DNA of 58,506 nucleotides, filler included, from Sphacelaria rigidula (Eukaryota), in assembly GCA_964200075.2 (NCBI GenBank). It is 7 parts of 7 records of this genome, joined end to end, with 100 filler letters (N's around TTAATTAATTAA, not from the genome) between each part and the next. Parts side by side here need not be neighbours in the genome. Positions count along the whole stretch, not along the records: positions 8,374 to 16,646 come from CAXNAA020011702.1; positions 16,747 to 25,018 come from CAXNAA020011703.1; positions 25,119 to 33,390 come from CAXNAA020011704.1; 4 more parts are not named here. One strand, written 5' to 3'. Positions 13,640-27,037 of this stretch are shown in pieces (position 1 is the first letter of the stretch; the number at the start of each line of letters is the position of its first letter). The notes beneath the pieces were generated by a model, which did no database searches, had not been told where the DNA came from, and worked only from the letters and a program-made list of their open reading frames with translations. A program made the translations under genes and the position numbers.

Positions 13640-14350
13640 GCTATTGGAGACACAGTCGATCTGGGCTGCCCTAGACGCGGACTTGAGCTCTCACCGCAAT
13701 ATTTCGTCGACACAGACGAGTTGGGCCGTGGTCCGCATAATCGTCTGATCAAGGGGAAGGTGCCCATCTGCTCGACAGGCTGGGCCATTATTTTTTCGTT
13801 GATTAAACGAAACCCCATGCCTGTGTGATGCCACGGTAGGGGTGTAAAAATATTCTCGAAGGTTAGACTTGTGAGGAGCCCCTTCATCTAATCCGAAACA
13901 CGACGTATGACATATTATGTGAGAGTACGCCAGGATTACTGTTCCAATGTGCCAGGGATATCACGAATGAATTTGCAAACGGGGATGCCCTGACCCATAT
14001 ATATATATATATATATTCTTGTGCATGGAGAGTAGTTAGGAGCCCCTGAACCAGACAAGATTTTGCGCAAAAAGTGCACCCCTCCCGTAGTTTTGCTCGT
14101 CTGGTAATTCCTATACCGTGCGGATATAGCGTCTACACTACAGTCAGCAAAACCCGAACGATATATACAGCAGATGGTGACGATTTTCGGTGTGCACATT
14201 CTCTGGAGCACGGGCAAAAGATCGATACCCTCAACTTTGCCTAGTTCATCATCCATCTCGAAATATGGCGCACATGAAGTTTAATACGAAAATCAATGTA
14301 TTACGACCGTAGGCAATAAATGCACCAAATCTGGATATCGCGCCTCAGTC
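13640..14350. repeat. Dispersed non-coding repeat family (probable non-autonomous DNA element)
   Basis: 13941-14090 matches 52684-52815; 13640-13780 and 14100-14350 match the reverse complement of 17400-17790 and 18320-18590. Confidence 0.7.
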
Positions 14351-16339
14351 TTTGAAAGTTGTGCTTCGAAATTTCGTATGGAGAATCGCTAGTGCATAAT
14401 TTAAGAGAAGAAATAAAAAATGCTCATATAGTTTCCATTTGTAGTATTTTTAGTTTTTTGCGGGACATTCGAGGAAAAACAGACGTTGTTGTCGGACCGT
14501 AGCTCAGTTTTTCAGCTCAGTTTCTAGAAATGTGATTTGAAACTTAGGACGGAGAGTCGCAAAGGTATGCTGAAGAAAAAAATGGACGTCAAGTTTTGTT
14601 TTGTACGGGAGAGATTTTGGCGTTGTCGCGAAAAATTGGCCTTTTCTGCACTAAAACATCCCCCACTAGTGAAAATATACACATATTCAACATGTCCCAC
14701 TTTCTTTCGGTTCAAGGCCAAGGGAGGTCCCACACATAATTTCAAAACACAAGTACCAAGCCTGGGCCGGTAAATGGCCTGGAGCATACTGTCCCGAATT
14801 TCGCCCGGCCCGGTTCCTAAAACGCCCCGTCTAGGCTCAATTTTGAGAGTTGAACGTCCGAATTCGATGCGAAGAATGAATGGGGTATAACGAATGGATA
14901 ATTTCGGGCCGGAGAGAAGTTTGGTTTTCACGGGTCAACGCCATTTTCCTGGAAACTGGGGAGTGATGATTGCCGTCAACTCACGGAGAGTAAGAAAACA
15001 CTTCCGCCCCGTTCTCTTATTATCATTATTATGTCCTCTTCATTCTCCGGACCACATCTGAAAGTCCAACTCTCAAACTTGAGCCTAGATGGGGTCTGCA
15101 AACCACACATTCGCGTCCACGCCGGCCCAGCTCGTATATAGAGGTACACCTCTCCTCCTCTCCGGCGGTGAGAACATTCAACTTCGGGCATCCGAAATTT
15201 GGAACCATCAGAGTCGCGCAAGTTCGTATCTCCGTTGATACATACGCCTCGTGCGTCTCGTTGCGTATTACCGTGCGTCCTTTGCTTCCATTGATCGTAG
15301 ATGCCCTGCCTGGTGACCGAATGCTCGTATATCAAAACACTTGAAACGGACGAAAATGCCGGTAGGTATCGTAATACATACAGATCCTGCTCAACCCCTC
15401 GACTGGTCCATGACTGTCTGTGAAGATAGGAATCGGCACTACATGGCACTACATGAAAAGCTTCTTTTTATCGGCCTGAAGTACATGAAAAGGTCATTAT
15501 TCATAGCCTCGAATCCTACAGTGCCGTGGGAGTCCCGGCACAGTGCGGTGGATCGCTAAACTACCATTGCCACGCTATGCTGGGACCTCGCGCCATACTG
15601 GTTTATTGCAATTACTTGATGCTAGTGTGGAACATCGGACATATCACAGGTGATTTTAACCATACTGTGGTGGGATACCGTGCTTGCAGGGTCGCACTGT
15701 GGTGGAAACGCCGCTGAGCCGTGGACACCCACGTGCCGTAGGGGCAGAAATCTAGTGCTGGGAGAAGCACGCGATATACCGCGGATATCTCCCTCCCCTC
15801 CCCTCCCCAAACACCCCGGATTTCAACTTTAGGGGGAACATGTCTTGAAAGTTGAAATACGGGTACCCCTGTCTGCAAACCGTAGTAGTGTATGAGAACC
15901 GACACCAATGGCGCGTTCATCACGTATAAAGAACAAAAAGGTGAGTATTGATAGAAATAAAATTCTGCTTGTGACTGAGGGTTCAAACCAGGGAGCGGCC
16001 ATGCTTTAAGTATGCTGGTTCACCGTGCCATGCGCCACGTCTTGCACATGGAACAAAGAAAGGGAGATGGGAAAAGGTCACATCGCTGTCTCTGCTACTT
16101 TTCCTCCGTTGGACCCCTCCCTTCCCACTTTCCGGTCCAAACCTCGCCCCGTCATTCCCCACCCGTCGTCTTTTTCAAGATAACACGACATGGTGTCAGC
16201 TACCCAAAAAGATGAGTATGCAGCCGAACAGCCATCGTACCACGAGTTGAGCCCACATCTAAACATTCCCCATTGATTGTCTGCTTCTTGTGAATAACGA
16301 AGTCGACGACGATTCGATTCTTCGCGTATCCACCCAACA

Positions 16340-16646
16340 AGCCTCACACCAAAGGGGCAATGGTGGGCAGATTTTCCAGGAGCCATACCCCAAGATCCCC
16401 CAGAGAGCAAAAAATGGGCGGAAGGGGGGGAGGGGGGGGTCGTTGGGACTTAATCCCCAGATATCGTAGACAAGGGGGACAGTGAAAACTGTTCCAATGA
16501 AACTTCTGCCTGACTTTTCTGGCCATTCTTCATTCATCGAGAGCCTCGGAGGCGGGGAGGGGAGGGGGGGGGGGGGGGTACTCATTTGTTGCTTGCCTTA
16601 GTTGTTGGACCATTGGCCACGCATCTCTTTGGAGACGGCGAAGGGG
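16340..16646 (+). repeat. Dispersed repeat with a G-run plus TACTCATTTGTTGCTTGCC motif
   Basis: Similar sequence at about 31020-31100, 39365-39392 and 51500-51562. Confidence 0.55.
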
Positions 16647-16746
16647 NNNNNNNNNNNNNNNNNNNNNNNNNNNNNNNNNNNNNNNNNNNNTTAATTAATT
16701 AANNNNNNNNNNNNNNNNNNNNNNNNNNNNNNNNNNNNNNNNNNNN
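16647..16746. other. Artificial contig spacer
   Basis: N44-TTAATTAATTAA-N44. Confidence 0.99.
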
Positions 16747-17399
16747 CCGCCAGCGCCTCGGAAAAACAACAGGAGACACACGGCTGGGCCCCCCCCCCCC
16801 CCCCCCTTCCCCCCCCCCCCCCTCGAAAACTCCAATTTTCAATCTTGGGGCCTACGTGTCCTGAGAAAAAAAGTCGCTGCCCCGTGTTCAAACTCTAAAT
16901 ATTGGGCGGCGCATTCGCCTCTCCAAAACTGGGTCGGTAGAAATTCGGATCAGTATTTCGCAGGCCACTCACCGGCCCACGTTTGGTTTTTGTGTATTGA
17001 AATTTTGTGTGGGCCCTAGCTAGTGGGCATACTTACCAAAAATCAGTGGGTTAGGGGGTTTTTTTTCTTCACTGGTTCAGGGCGCTCTAGTATGGTAAAG
17101 ACCATTTCTTCACGGGAACGCCCTAACCTATAATGAAAAAAATAATAGTAATAACCTTTTTTTTTTTTCTCCACACCTTCGTGGTTTTTCATCCTGAGTT
17201 TCAATTCACAATTCTAAAAATTGAGCTAAAACATGCAGATAAGGCCTGAGAGCAACGTTCATTCATCCTCAAAACTCCACTAAAAAAACGAAAAAAAATG
17301 AAAAAAAAAATGAAAAAAAATGAAAAAAAGTAAGGCTGTTTCTTTTCATTGTTATGCTGTAGCGGTTCACCATACGAAATTTTATAGCACAACTCTCAA

Positions 17400-18590
17400 A
17401 AACTGAGACGCGATATCCAGATTTAGGGCGTCTAGTGCCTCTGCTCGTATAATATCGACTTTAGTATGGAAACTTATGTGCGCCTTATCTCGAGATGGAT
17501 AACGAATTATCGTCTCCCGCTCCAGGGAAGGTCCACACCAAAAATTGTCATCATCCGCTGATTGTATCGTTCCGTTTCATATGGATTTTAGTATGGACGT
17601 GCTATCTCCGTAAGGTATAGGAATTACTGGACATGGGGTTTGATCAACGACAAAATATTTCGCCCAGATTTTTTGAGCAGATGGGCATTTTCCCCTTGAT
17701 TAGACCGTTTGTACGATATGCGGATTACGGCCCAACTCATCTGTGTCGATGAGATATCGCTTTGAGAGCTTAAATCCGTTCTTAGGCTGGCCCAGCTCGT
17801 ACCAAATTTGAAAGTCCAGCTCTCGAAATTGAGGTGAGAATGGGCGATTCAGAACCCGGACCCAGTTTTGGTACTTGTGCTGTGAAATTTGGTGTGGGGA
17901 ATCAATCGCTTGGGAATGATGAAAAAAACTTGAGATACGCTGTTTCTTTTTTCTCGTGAGTTTAGGACGTTTTTGTGTAGTGACCATTTTCTTACGAGAA
18001 CGTCCTAGACTCACCAGTAAAAAGAAAAATGGAGGCCCTACTTTTTGCTTTCAGTATTTTCATGCGATTCTCCGTACTCAAAATCAATCACAGTTCTCAA
18101 AATGAGCTGAGAAACTCGGATAGGGTCCAGAAGCAATTTTCAATTAACATGCTCCTGAGACATGAAAAAATGAAAGATGAAAATAAATCTCGAGGATCCC
18201 AAGTGTGTTTTATATGCCCTAGCGATTCTTCATACCAATTGCCAGAGCCCAACTGTCGAAATCGAGACGCGAAATACATAAATAGCTTGCGTCATATGTT
18301 TAGACGGGTGACGAAGTAGGTAAGAGCGAGGGTATCGATCGTTTCCCCGTGCTCCAGGGAGTGTCCACACTAAAAATCGCCATCACCGGTAACATATATT
18401 GCTCGGGGTTTCACATAGACTCTAGTTTGGACCCTATCTCCGTACGGTATAGGAATTACTTCGCATGGCCTTGAAGCAGCGAGAAGAAAATGGCCCAGGT
18501 CTTTGGGTAAATGGGTATCTTCCCCTAGAGTAGACGATTAGTATGATATGTGCGGATTACGGCCCAATCCGTCTGTGTCGACGAGGCACG
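17400..18590 (+). repeat. Two diverged tandem units of the dispersed repeat family (about 17400-17790 and 18260-18590)
   Basis: Shared blocks such as CTATCTCCGTA(A/C)GGTATAGGAATTAC and GCGGATTACGGCCCAA..TCTGTGTCGA. Confidence 0.7.
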
Positions 18591-20579
18591 AGCTAGGTCG
18601 GCCACCATACTATTTTTTCGGAAGATAGGTGACGCGGGGCTGAATTTGAGACGTTAAGCGCTAAAATTATGACACCGGATTTGTATCAATACGCGAAACA
18701 TGGTGTGCGATACGAAGAAAAAAATAAGAGAAAGCCAGCACGATTCCAATTTTTTTAGCAAAAACTAGAAAATGTCATAAATCCGTGAAAAAAAAAACAA
18801 GCGACCGTATCCCGCAACGCAAATCTCTTACTTGCCCACAGAAGATCCTGGTGAGATTTCGGCTCGAAACCCGTGAAATTGGGCCACGCGTAAAACGTTT
18901 TGTGTGACACCGCTGCACCCCCGTGATCCCACTGATAGAGGAGTCTCCAATTACACAGGTCACGGGTTCGAATCCCCACACGGCCACTTGTTTCCCCATA
19001 GTCTGGCAGATTTTTCTTTTCCAACCGTGCGAAACAAGGATCACCATCGGGGCTCGGATCGAGAAAAAGCGTTGCAGCCCAGCCCGAGTTGCGTACTTGT
19101 GCCTATGCCCGTTGTATGCAACGAGCGGCTTGGAGCTCTTCTCCCATGACGCAGCTGCTGACGAGCTTGATGCCATCTCATAATATTCCCTTCCCAGTGC
19201 ATCCTTGGCTGTGCTGTCAAAGTTGTCATCCGTAATTCCACTGCGTTTTTTTATAAAAAAACTCACAACACGCCATCACGCCACGATGTGACACGTGCGC
19301 GGTACTCAACGCACTACATCAACGTGATCGCCAAAACTGGGCCAATCGAGCAGCGGCCGAGCCCTGTGTTACCAGGCAGGTCTGCAGTCCACTGCGATAT
19401 ACTGAAATCGGGCTGATACGACAAACTGAAGCAGTTGTGGTGTGCCCACGGGTTCTACCTTTTTCGGCCGGCTCAGCTCTTATGGCTGTGAGAGAGCATA
19501 AGTCCGTTTTTAGGCTGCTCGCCCAACTCGTGGTGCCGCACGAAAAGTCGAAGGACGCCTATATTGCAATCGGTACAAGTATAGAGCGGCCTTCTGGTAC
19601 TGCACCCCGATTTGCTGTGAGTAGTACAGCGTTTGTTGAGAAAATCGCCTCTAACTAAGGTCGACGCCATAAACCAGTGGGGAATATGCAACCCCAACGG
19701 TCCTCCTAAAGGAACAAGGACCGTGCGCATCTACGAGTACGAGTATTCAATATTGCTATCGCAAAGATCAGCTTGTTTTTGCCAGCAGCACAAGTAGATC
19801 GATCTCGATGTGCCTGATCGAAAACAGTAAAGGTATCCCATACGTATTCATGCATAGCATCTCCTTTCCTATCCTTGCAATTGAATCGGTTGAAGAATGA
19901 TGTTGTTACACGGATGTAGTAGGGTCGATTCACCTGCCCGGCTTTAGTCACATACGCGCGCGCAGCTTTGTGCCATCCCTTCCCCCCAAGAAGGACGCCG
20001 GCCGATCGTGAAACACACAAGAACGTTGTCCTCACTCACATGATACTTCACGCTCTGTCTTCTTCGACCCCGATCCTCCCCTCCCTCCCCCCCCCCCAGC
20101 CGCCCTATCGTGCTGGAGTGGGCCTGCGCTAAGGCGTAGCGCAGGCCTGAAGGAGGGAGGGGATGGGTGGCTGGATCAACTGATCAGAGCGATTTGTTTT
20201 ATACTTCATGCATTTGCTCTTGTTCAGACTCGGGGTCAAATGTTCTTCAAGCAGGAAAAATGAAGATATTTCAGTGTGCCCCAGATCGGGTGACCAGTTG
20301 TTGCAGCCTGAAGCCTTGCTAAAACTCATTATGGGTGTTAAGAAGAAGAGCAAAAAAAATCGCAACCCGGTAAAATACTGCAGATATTCGTATGATTTCA
20401 ATAATAGCCGAGGACACACCAACCGGGGGTTGCCCTCGTACGGATGATAGGTAATCCTGGAACCATACCTGCCAGAGAACATCATGCAGCTTCTACTATC
20501 GTATTATTTTTTCAAATCCGCGGCACTTTTCTTCACTGTCTCAACTGCACTTTGTAACACATCGTTAAACTCGAAAAGG

Positions 20580-20810
20580 ATGGCGTCCGCATCCAGATTT
20601 CGAAGTAGCGGGGGACCTTCACCCAGCCGGCAGGCAGCGCGCGGGCGTGATGGAGGTCGAGGTGGTGGTGGGCGAGGCAGTAGCAAGCATACTGTGGACG
20701 AGGAGTCAATGGAGGAGATCAAGGAAGCTTTCGGCTTGTTCGACATCGACGGCAAGGGATCAATTGATATCCGAGAGCTCAAGGCTGCCTTCAGAGCACT
20801 CGGTTTCCAG
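20580..20810 (+). CDS. CETN: Centrin-like EF-hand protein, exon 1 (77 codons); later exons not found in this contig
   Basis: MASASRF...[33 protein letters not shown] matches the centrin EF-hand 1 signature ([32 protein letters not shown]); phase-0 donor CAG|GTACTG. Confidence 0.9.
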
Positions 20811-21244
20811 GTACTGCATGCATATCCTGTGTGATACTGCTCTCGCTGATATGCTTGATGTGTACGAGAATTGTAGGGTAACTTTGCGAAGTAGACAACA
20901 ACGGACCTATGTAGAGGGTATGGGGGTAGTGATACCGTACATTACGTAGTATAACACCCCCCGCGCGTGCGTGCTTCGGTGATGAGGGTAGTTTTCCCCT
21001 GTTGCTCGACTACTCGAGAATCAGGACCTTGAACTTGGAGGGATCAGTTTACTGCAAAATCTTGGTCTAACTTTGCCACGGATATCCTCATTCGCGACAC
21101 ACAACCACAATCCCGTAGCTTCTGCGTCCACGGCACTACACTGTACTCGTAGTTGCATCGCTTGAGGCTGGTGTACCGAGTTCAAAAAAGCACGCTTTTC
21201 TGTACAGTTGCCACCCAGGGCTTTTACCAACTGCAGGTCACTCC

Positions 21245-21297
21245 CTCCACCACCACCACCACCACCACCACCCCCACCCCCCCCCCCACCCCCCCCA
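21245..21297 (+). repeat. (CCA)n / poly-C simple repeat
   Basis: Direct reading. Confidence 0.9.
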
Positions 21298-22174
21298 TCG
21301 GAAGTTCTGGATACTGAGAAAAAAAAACTTGGAAAGTCCGATATAAATCTTACTCCCCAGAACTTACGACGAGAATCGGGACTATACATTGCACGGGCGG
21401 TACCCCGCTTCAAAATTGGTATACCCCGCTCCCTTGCAAGATATGGGCTATTAGAGTGTAGCGAAGGAACCAGCTTCCAAATCACAGCGCCGTGGAGGAC
21501 GGGATTGGTGAAGCCCGCTCCCTCAGACCCCCGCCCTTAACGAGCTTTCCCTAAAATCGAGTGCCTACAGGTGGTAGAGCCCCATGGTACTGTACTCGCA
21601 GTCGCCATTGTGAAATGGTCTATGTGGGGATACTCCTCCCCAAAGCGGGTGTATATCCCCCCCAGGCATCTCCCACAATATCAAGAAGTTCACAGAATCG
21701 AGGAGGAGGGGGTTTCCATTGACGCAAGGAGGAAACCCAATCCAACACTCACCTCGCAGAGCAAGTTCGTGTGCCGATTACCCGAAGGCTCGGCTAGACT
21801 GCCTCGCGGCAGTCATATGGCGAAGGCGCCTCGAGAATCGAGGCGGTGTGCACTGACCTGCAGTTAGTAGAGCCTCTTGTCACCACTGTCTGCACTGTTG
21901 TGCTGCTGCATGAGTAGCATCCACCCCCCAGCAGGAGTTTTTTAGTGCTACAGTCCCATTTACTCTGTTGAATGTAGTTGTAGAGTTTGTCCGGGCTATA
22001 CTCGTACTACAACCCTAAACGTCACTGTGCTGTTACCAGCTCACCGGTGGCGGCTAGAAAGTATGGTATGCAGAAAGGTGCGAGGTACCGTAAAGGACGA
22101 GGTACGATACCCCCGCTTTCATTTGGAATGTTCATGTGTTCGTCGAGTCACGTGGAAATAATCCAGAGCTTGTC

Positions 22175-22360
22175 ACTGGACGACGGGACGGGAAGGGGCG
22201 GAAGAGCCTCCCTTGGAAAAAAAGTCGCACGGGACGGGACGGAACGGGACGGGACAGTCGCCCCTGTAAAAATGACAGACGGGACGAACGGGATACCCCA
22301 TTTCATCCCGAACCTCACACGATGAACAAGTCTCATCTCGATCCCTGTCGCGTCCCCACC
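22175..22360. mobile_element. MITE-like remnant with CGGGAC/GTCCCG subterminal motifs
   Basis: Multiple GGGACGGGAC motifs followed by inverted TCCCG motifs; related to 23590-23871. Confidence 0.45.
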
Positions 22361-23589
22361 ATTGTATGTGCATGAAATAACCGAAAGAGAATTACACCAC
22401 AATTTTGCAACATTTTTTCATGCCATTCAAGAACGAGCGTTCAAAACTGTTTTCGCGTAGGATAAGTTGCCCACTACACTTGCATCGCACCCTCAGCAAG
22501 AGTGACCAGCGACACAGCAGCAGCCGTTTTAGGTATACCGAAGGAAGTCAACATCGCCCACGCACAGTCGGTGGACCCACAAAAAGTGTGCCGATCTGCG
22601 TTGGAGATGGAGCGTCGAAAAATATAGGACTGTAAACTGGACCAGCTACTGCTGTCGTTTAGACTGGAGCTGGAGTTGAACTGGAATTGGCAACGACGGC
22701 GCCGATTCTCCAGTTTTCCCTGAGTCTGGCGTTACCGAATATATTGTGTATCAGTTTTAGTATGGGGCAGTCCCACGCTAATCCAGGCTACGCTTTTGGA
22801 ATTCTCGAGTTCACGACACTAGATAACTCATGAAGAGCCCGAAAAATGACAGCCGACTCATGATAGTATATTAACAACGTTAGTGGAATCGGATTGGGCG
22901 GGGGGTGCATGGTTGCACAGGGGGCGAGAATATTGTCTCCGGGGTATTCATTCTACCGTGAACTTAGGGCTGGTGTCCACCGTTTTGGCCTATACCGTGC
23001 GACTGACAATATTTGGATGTCATGAAAGTATATTCGGGATACTTGAAATATGGGGGGAAACATCGAAAATGGAATAAATTCCTTATGCGCCGATTCTCTG
23101 GGAAAACATCGATTAACCTGCCGCTGACGCGGCCAGTCTAAACCTGACTGACCAGAGCCACCACTTCACATCCCTAGATAAATATGTTTTCTTGTGGATG
23201 CACTAGTTTTGTCATCATAGGCGCTGTGTCACGCACCTCCAAGACGCCGGTCACTGATGGCAGCCATCGCCGTCACCACCAACCGACCGGGTGTCGTCGC
23301 TAGTCGCTTCGCCTCTGCAAGCAGCGAGCTCCATCAACTCTACAAAACCTGTTGGCCTTCTTGGGATGGCGAAAATTCTACAGTCCTGGGCGTACTGGTG
23401 CGGATGCTCGTGAGAGTTCATGCACCACTACTGCCCTGGGCTGCACTGTGCTGTCCAGCCATCGCGTTGTACATATGTATGTCCTCTGCGGACAGATTTC
23501 TAATCTCATATTCGGAATATATCTTCAATATGTTATCTCGCAAGCATCAAGTACCCAAGGTCTTCAGTATCCTGTCGGAATATAGTGGG

Positions 23590-23871
23590 CGTCCCGTACA
23601 AAATAACGGGACGTCCCGTGAGATACGACGAGATGTAGCCCTTGCTGTTCCGTGAGATTCGGGACGAAACGGAACGGGACGAATGAGAAATGTGTGCGGG
23701 CAGGAAGGGCCGGATCACCCCCTCCAAAAAAAACAGACGGACGAGGGCAGATGTTCTGTTGTCCGCAAATAGGATCGACAGGGCGGGACGGCGCGGAACA
23801 GTTGCCCCCGGAAATGTGATATCCTGTCCAGTCCTGCTCATCCCGTGAGATTTCGTCCCGTTACAAGCCCT
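23590..23871. mobile_element. hAT-like MITE remnant
   Basis: CGGGAC/GTCCCG motif arrays in both orientations, ending ...CCCGTTACAAGCCCT (hAT-like AGGGCTT terminus). Confidence 0.45.
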
Positions 23872-24899
23872 CGAATCAACGGCTGTTGGGCCTCGAGGAT
23901 ACCATAATTTTTGCACGGTGAAACTCTTCTGATGATTCGGTTTGGGCTGCCTCGTTCAACCGGACACGGATTTGGGCACGGAAATAGCGGGACGAACCAG
24001 CTGCCATGCACGTGTTGCAGACCCCGTTCAAAAGACGATACAAACAATCAATAAGACGACGATATGGTGTTTGGAATACAGCTGAAGGTATATTTTCCTC
24101 AGAGACTTTGCTCTTTACAGCTCTTGCCAGGTCACAGCATTTGAACAAGAATACCAGCCAGCACACAATGGATACATAGGACTTAAGTGCGGCCTGTGGC
24201 AAAGGTCTCATAAAAAATCATGTGGAGTTGCTTCCGCGCGCCATCACCAAAGCCTCATGGATTCTTCCAGGGTCTTGAATCAAGCCGCCGCCCGTCGAGA
24301 ACTTAACGTGCGAAGTGAATGTGAAGGGTCAGCATCAAGCGTACAATCGCACGTGTCGTCAATCTTGGAACACAAAAACATATTTGCCTACGCGGTATCG
24401 TAGACTATGAAAGCAACGCAGAAGGGAAAATTGGTGCGTGATGCATTGATGCTGGCGATTGACGTCTGAAGAAGATCATAAGTTGCGCTCTGGCGTTCAT
24501 CAGTGGTCTGTGGCGACTCTCGCGGGGGCGGGTGTTCTCTTCCGGGTGTAGTGCAGGGCGGGTGTTGGGTTGTTGACTTCGATAAATAGCAGCTGTTGTA
24601 TCCAAACACCACCGGCAAGCGATCTTGGCCAGACAGTACCCGAGCTTAAAATACATGACCAACTGCGAGGCGCATAATTACGGCTCAGTTGATGTGTCGA
24701 TGACAGTGGTTGATGTCTGGAACTTGACAAGTGCTCGCCGGCGTGCAAAAGAAGTACATGGTCCTCCCACACACCTCGTATCCTTGTAAGCGTTTTTTCA
24801 GAATCCTGATGTCTTGTGATTGTAAGTATGAGGTCCATCCACCTCTAATCTGTTTATCAAACATGACATCAAACAGCCATGCCTTTATTGCAAGGAGCA

Positions 24900-25018
24900 G
24901 TGTTTTCGTCCCATCCATTCTGGACGCCGGTCTACACCTTTCGGTATGCGTGGGCGCATCAGCCGGGGTCACACAGGAGGAAGGTCAACACAGGAGTTTT
25001 TTCTTTGTTGTTTGTTTC
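24900..25018 (-). mobile_element. SINE family A, 3' part, cut by the contig end
   Basis: CCTTCCTCCTGTGTGACCCCGGCTGATGCGCCCAC...CCAGAATGGATGGGACG shared with the other copies. Confidence 0.8.
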
Positions 25019-25118
25019 NNNNNNNNNNNNNNNNNNNNNNNNNNNNNNNNNNNNNNNNNNNNTTAATTAATTAANNNNNNNNNNNNNNNNNNNNNNNNNN
25101 NNNNNNNNNNNNNNNNNN
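25019..25118. other. Artificial contig spacer
   Basis: N44-TTAATTAATTAA-N44. Confidence 0.99.
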
Positions 25119-26211
25119 ATTGAAAGTACCCAGCCGCTCCTTGCCGACCAAAAACCCCCATTTTTTGTTTTTGTGGTGTCTCTCTTTGCCCCCCCCCCCC
25201 CCCCCCCCCCCGCGGGCCCCTTTTAGTTCATCATACTTTGAGCCCTTCCCCTTCCCGGGGAATCCGTAATCTCAAGAGATGGAGGTATTGTTTTTCGCGG
25301 TACATACCTTGCCTAATGTTTGGGTATCGCGGACTGAGTCGGAACTTTCAAACCGCGCCAAATATCATCAAATTCATCTTTGCAACAAGCAACTTTCAAC
25401 GCCGGAAGTGCAATGATCCTCACGAACGAACCACATTGTATTGTATCTGCTGGATATCGAACCCGCCACTCCAACCTCACTGGTGATAAAATATGCAAGT
25501 GAGAGCACCGGGAGTGGGGTCAGGGTTCGATATTTTCGTAAAGAAACGGGTGATGCTCGTCGCCTTCTGGCAGGTTTCGAAGTGTCCGCCAGAAAAACAC
25601 TACTCTCCTGATGTTCTGGTGAGCTGCTTGAGGTAGACGAAACCTTCAATTCAAGTGCTACTCGTTTCTTGAAGAAGCTATTGATGTCTCGTCTACGGCA
25701 TGAGGATCCCTTCCCAACGAACAATTGATCCGCGTTTTTCATCAAGGGCGCAGACCCACCTCTGACGCTTGAACATTTGAAACGTTGAGCTCGCCACTTT
25801 CCGGGATGTGAACCACAAGGTCATGCTCAAGGCACGGAACAAATACCCGTCATCGAATGGCCTGTTGCGATCTGCGATTCCAGCATGATGCATCTGGGCT
25901 ACTGTGGCGACCTCTTGAGCGGAAGAGAATCCACCCTGTTAGATACTGCACAGCAGCGGGTGGCGACTCGTGGCGATTCGCAAACCTCAGCAACGTCCAA
26001 AACGTTACTTTGCTAGACATGGCAAAAGAACGACCGAAAGAAAGGACTATCTCATCTCAGAAACGCCCTCGAGACGGGTTACTTCACTTCGAACAAATGG
26101 CGATATCTATGTTTTGTGGTCAGTTGCTCAATTCCATGCAACATACCCCTGTCGTTGCTCGTACCGTTGACTCGCCGCCAACTACCCCCCCCGTTGAACT
26201 GCGTGAAATAG

Positions 26212-27037
26212 ATCGACGGTGTCGCACAAGTCAAGGGTTAAAGCTCGAGCTCGTCCTTACAAGGAACCAACCTCGCCGATGGAAGCAGCCGCAGCAGGCG
26301 GCCGATCAATTCCACTCAAGCTGTTCGGTGCACAGTTTCAGCATCCGGAGAGCAACGAGAGATTCGCCAGAAATGGTCGCTCATCCCTTCCGGCGGTGCA
26401 CTCAAGAACCAGTAGCATGCCAGTCGTCGGCGGTGCCGTATACAGTGGGGTAGGTGACAGCGTCGGCAGCGTTGGCGGCGGGAGCACTGGCGGTAAAAAG
26501 CGCCGTAGCCTGTTTCGCTTCCTAGGGGGACGAAAACATTCCGGTGGGTCAGCCACCACGCAGGAGTATTCCGCCCCAGGCCTTGCCGTTGACTCCACCG
26601 TAGGCAGCAGAGGGGAGCTGGATTTCATCGCCGGGTCTTCATTCGGTTCCGGCATGATGACTGCCAGCTACGACGCACGTCGCGGCATCACCCATCGTGG
26701 CAGCGGCAGCGGGGACGCCATGCTGGGGTCCATAAACTTGAATTCCCGACCTCGTTCGATGCGGTGGTCATCGATGACGGGAAGCACCCCTTTCTCGTCA
26801 CAATTATCGTCCACGCCAGTGGCGATGAGGGATGGTGGAACATTAGAGACAGCGGCGACGGCGGGCATGTCTGCATTGGGCGGGTCAGAGCAGAGCGCTG
26901 CGGCGGCGAGGGGGGACGAGGCAAATGTGTCGTCGGCGGCACTGCTGCTTCCGCCTCAGCGATCGAGAGGGAAATTGTTCTCTAGGAACGATGATGGGGG
27001 TAAATGGGGGGCGGCATGGCGACGGGGTTCGTCGTGA
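26212..27037 (+). CDS. Probable terminal exon of an unknown G/S-rich disordered protein
   Basis: Acceptor AATAG at 26211 after a C-rich tract; about 274 open GC-rich codons ending in TGA; includes the basic motif KKRRSLFRFLGGRK. Confidence 0.65.
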
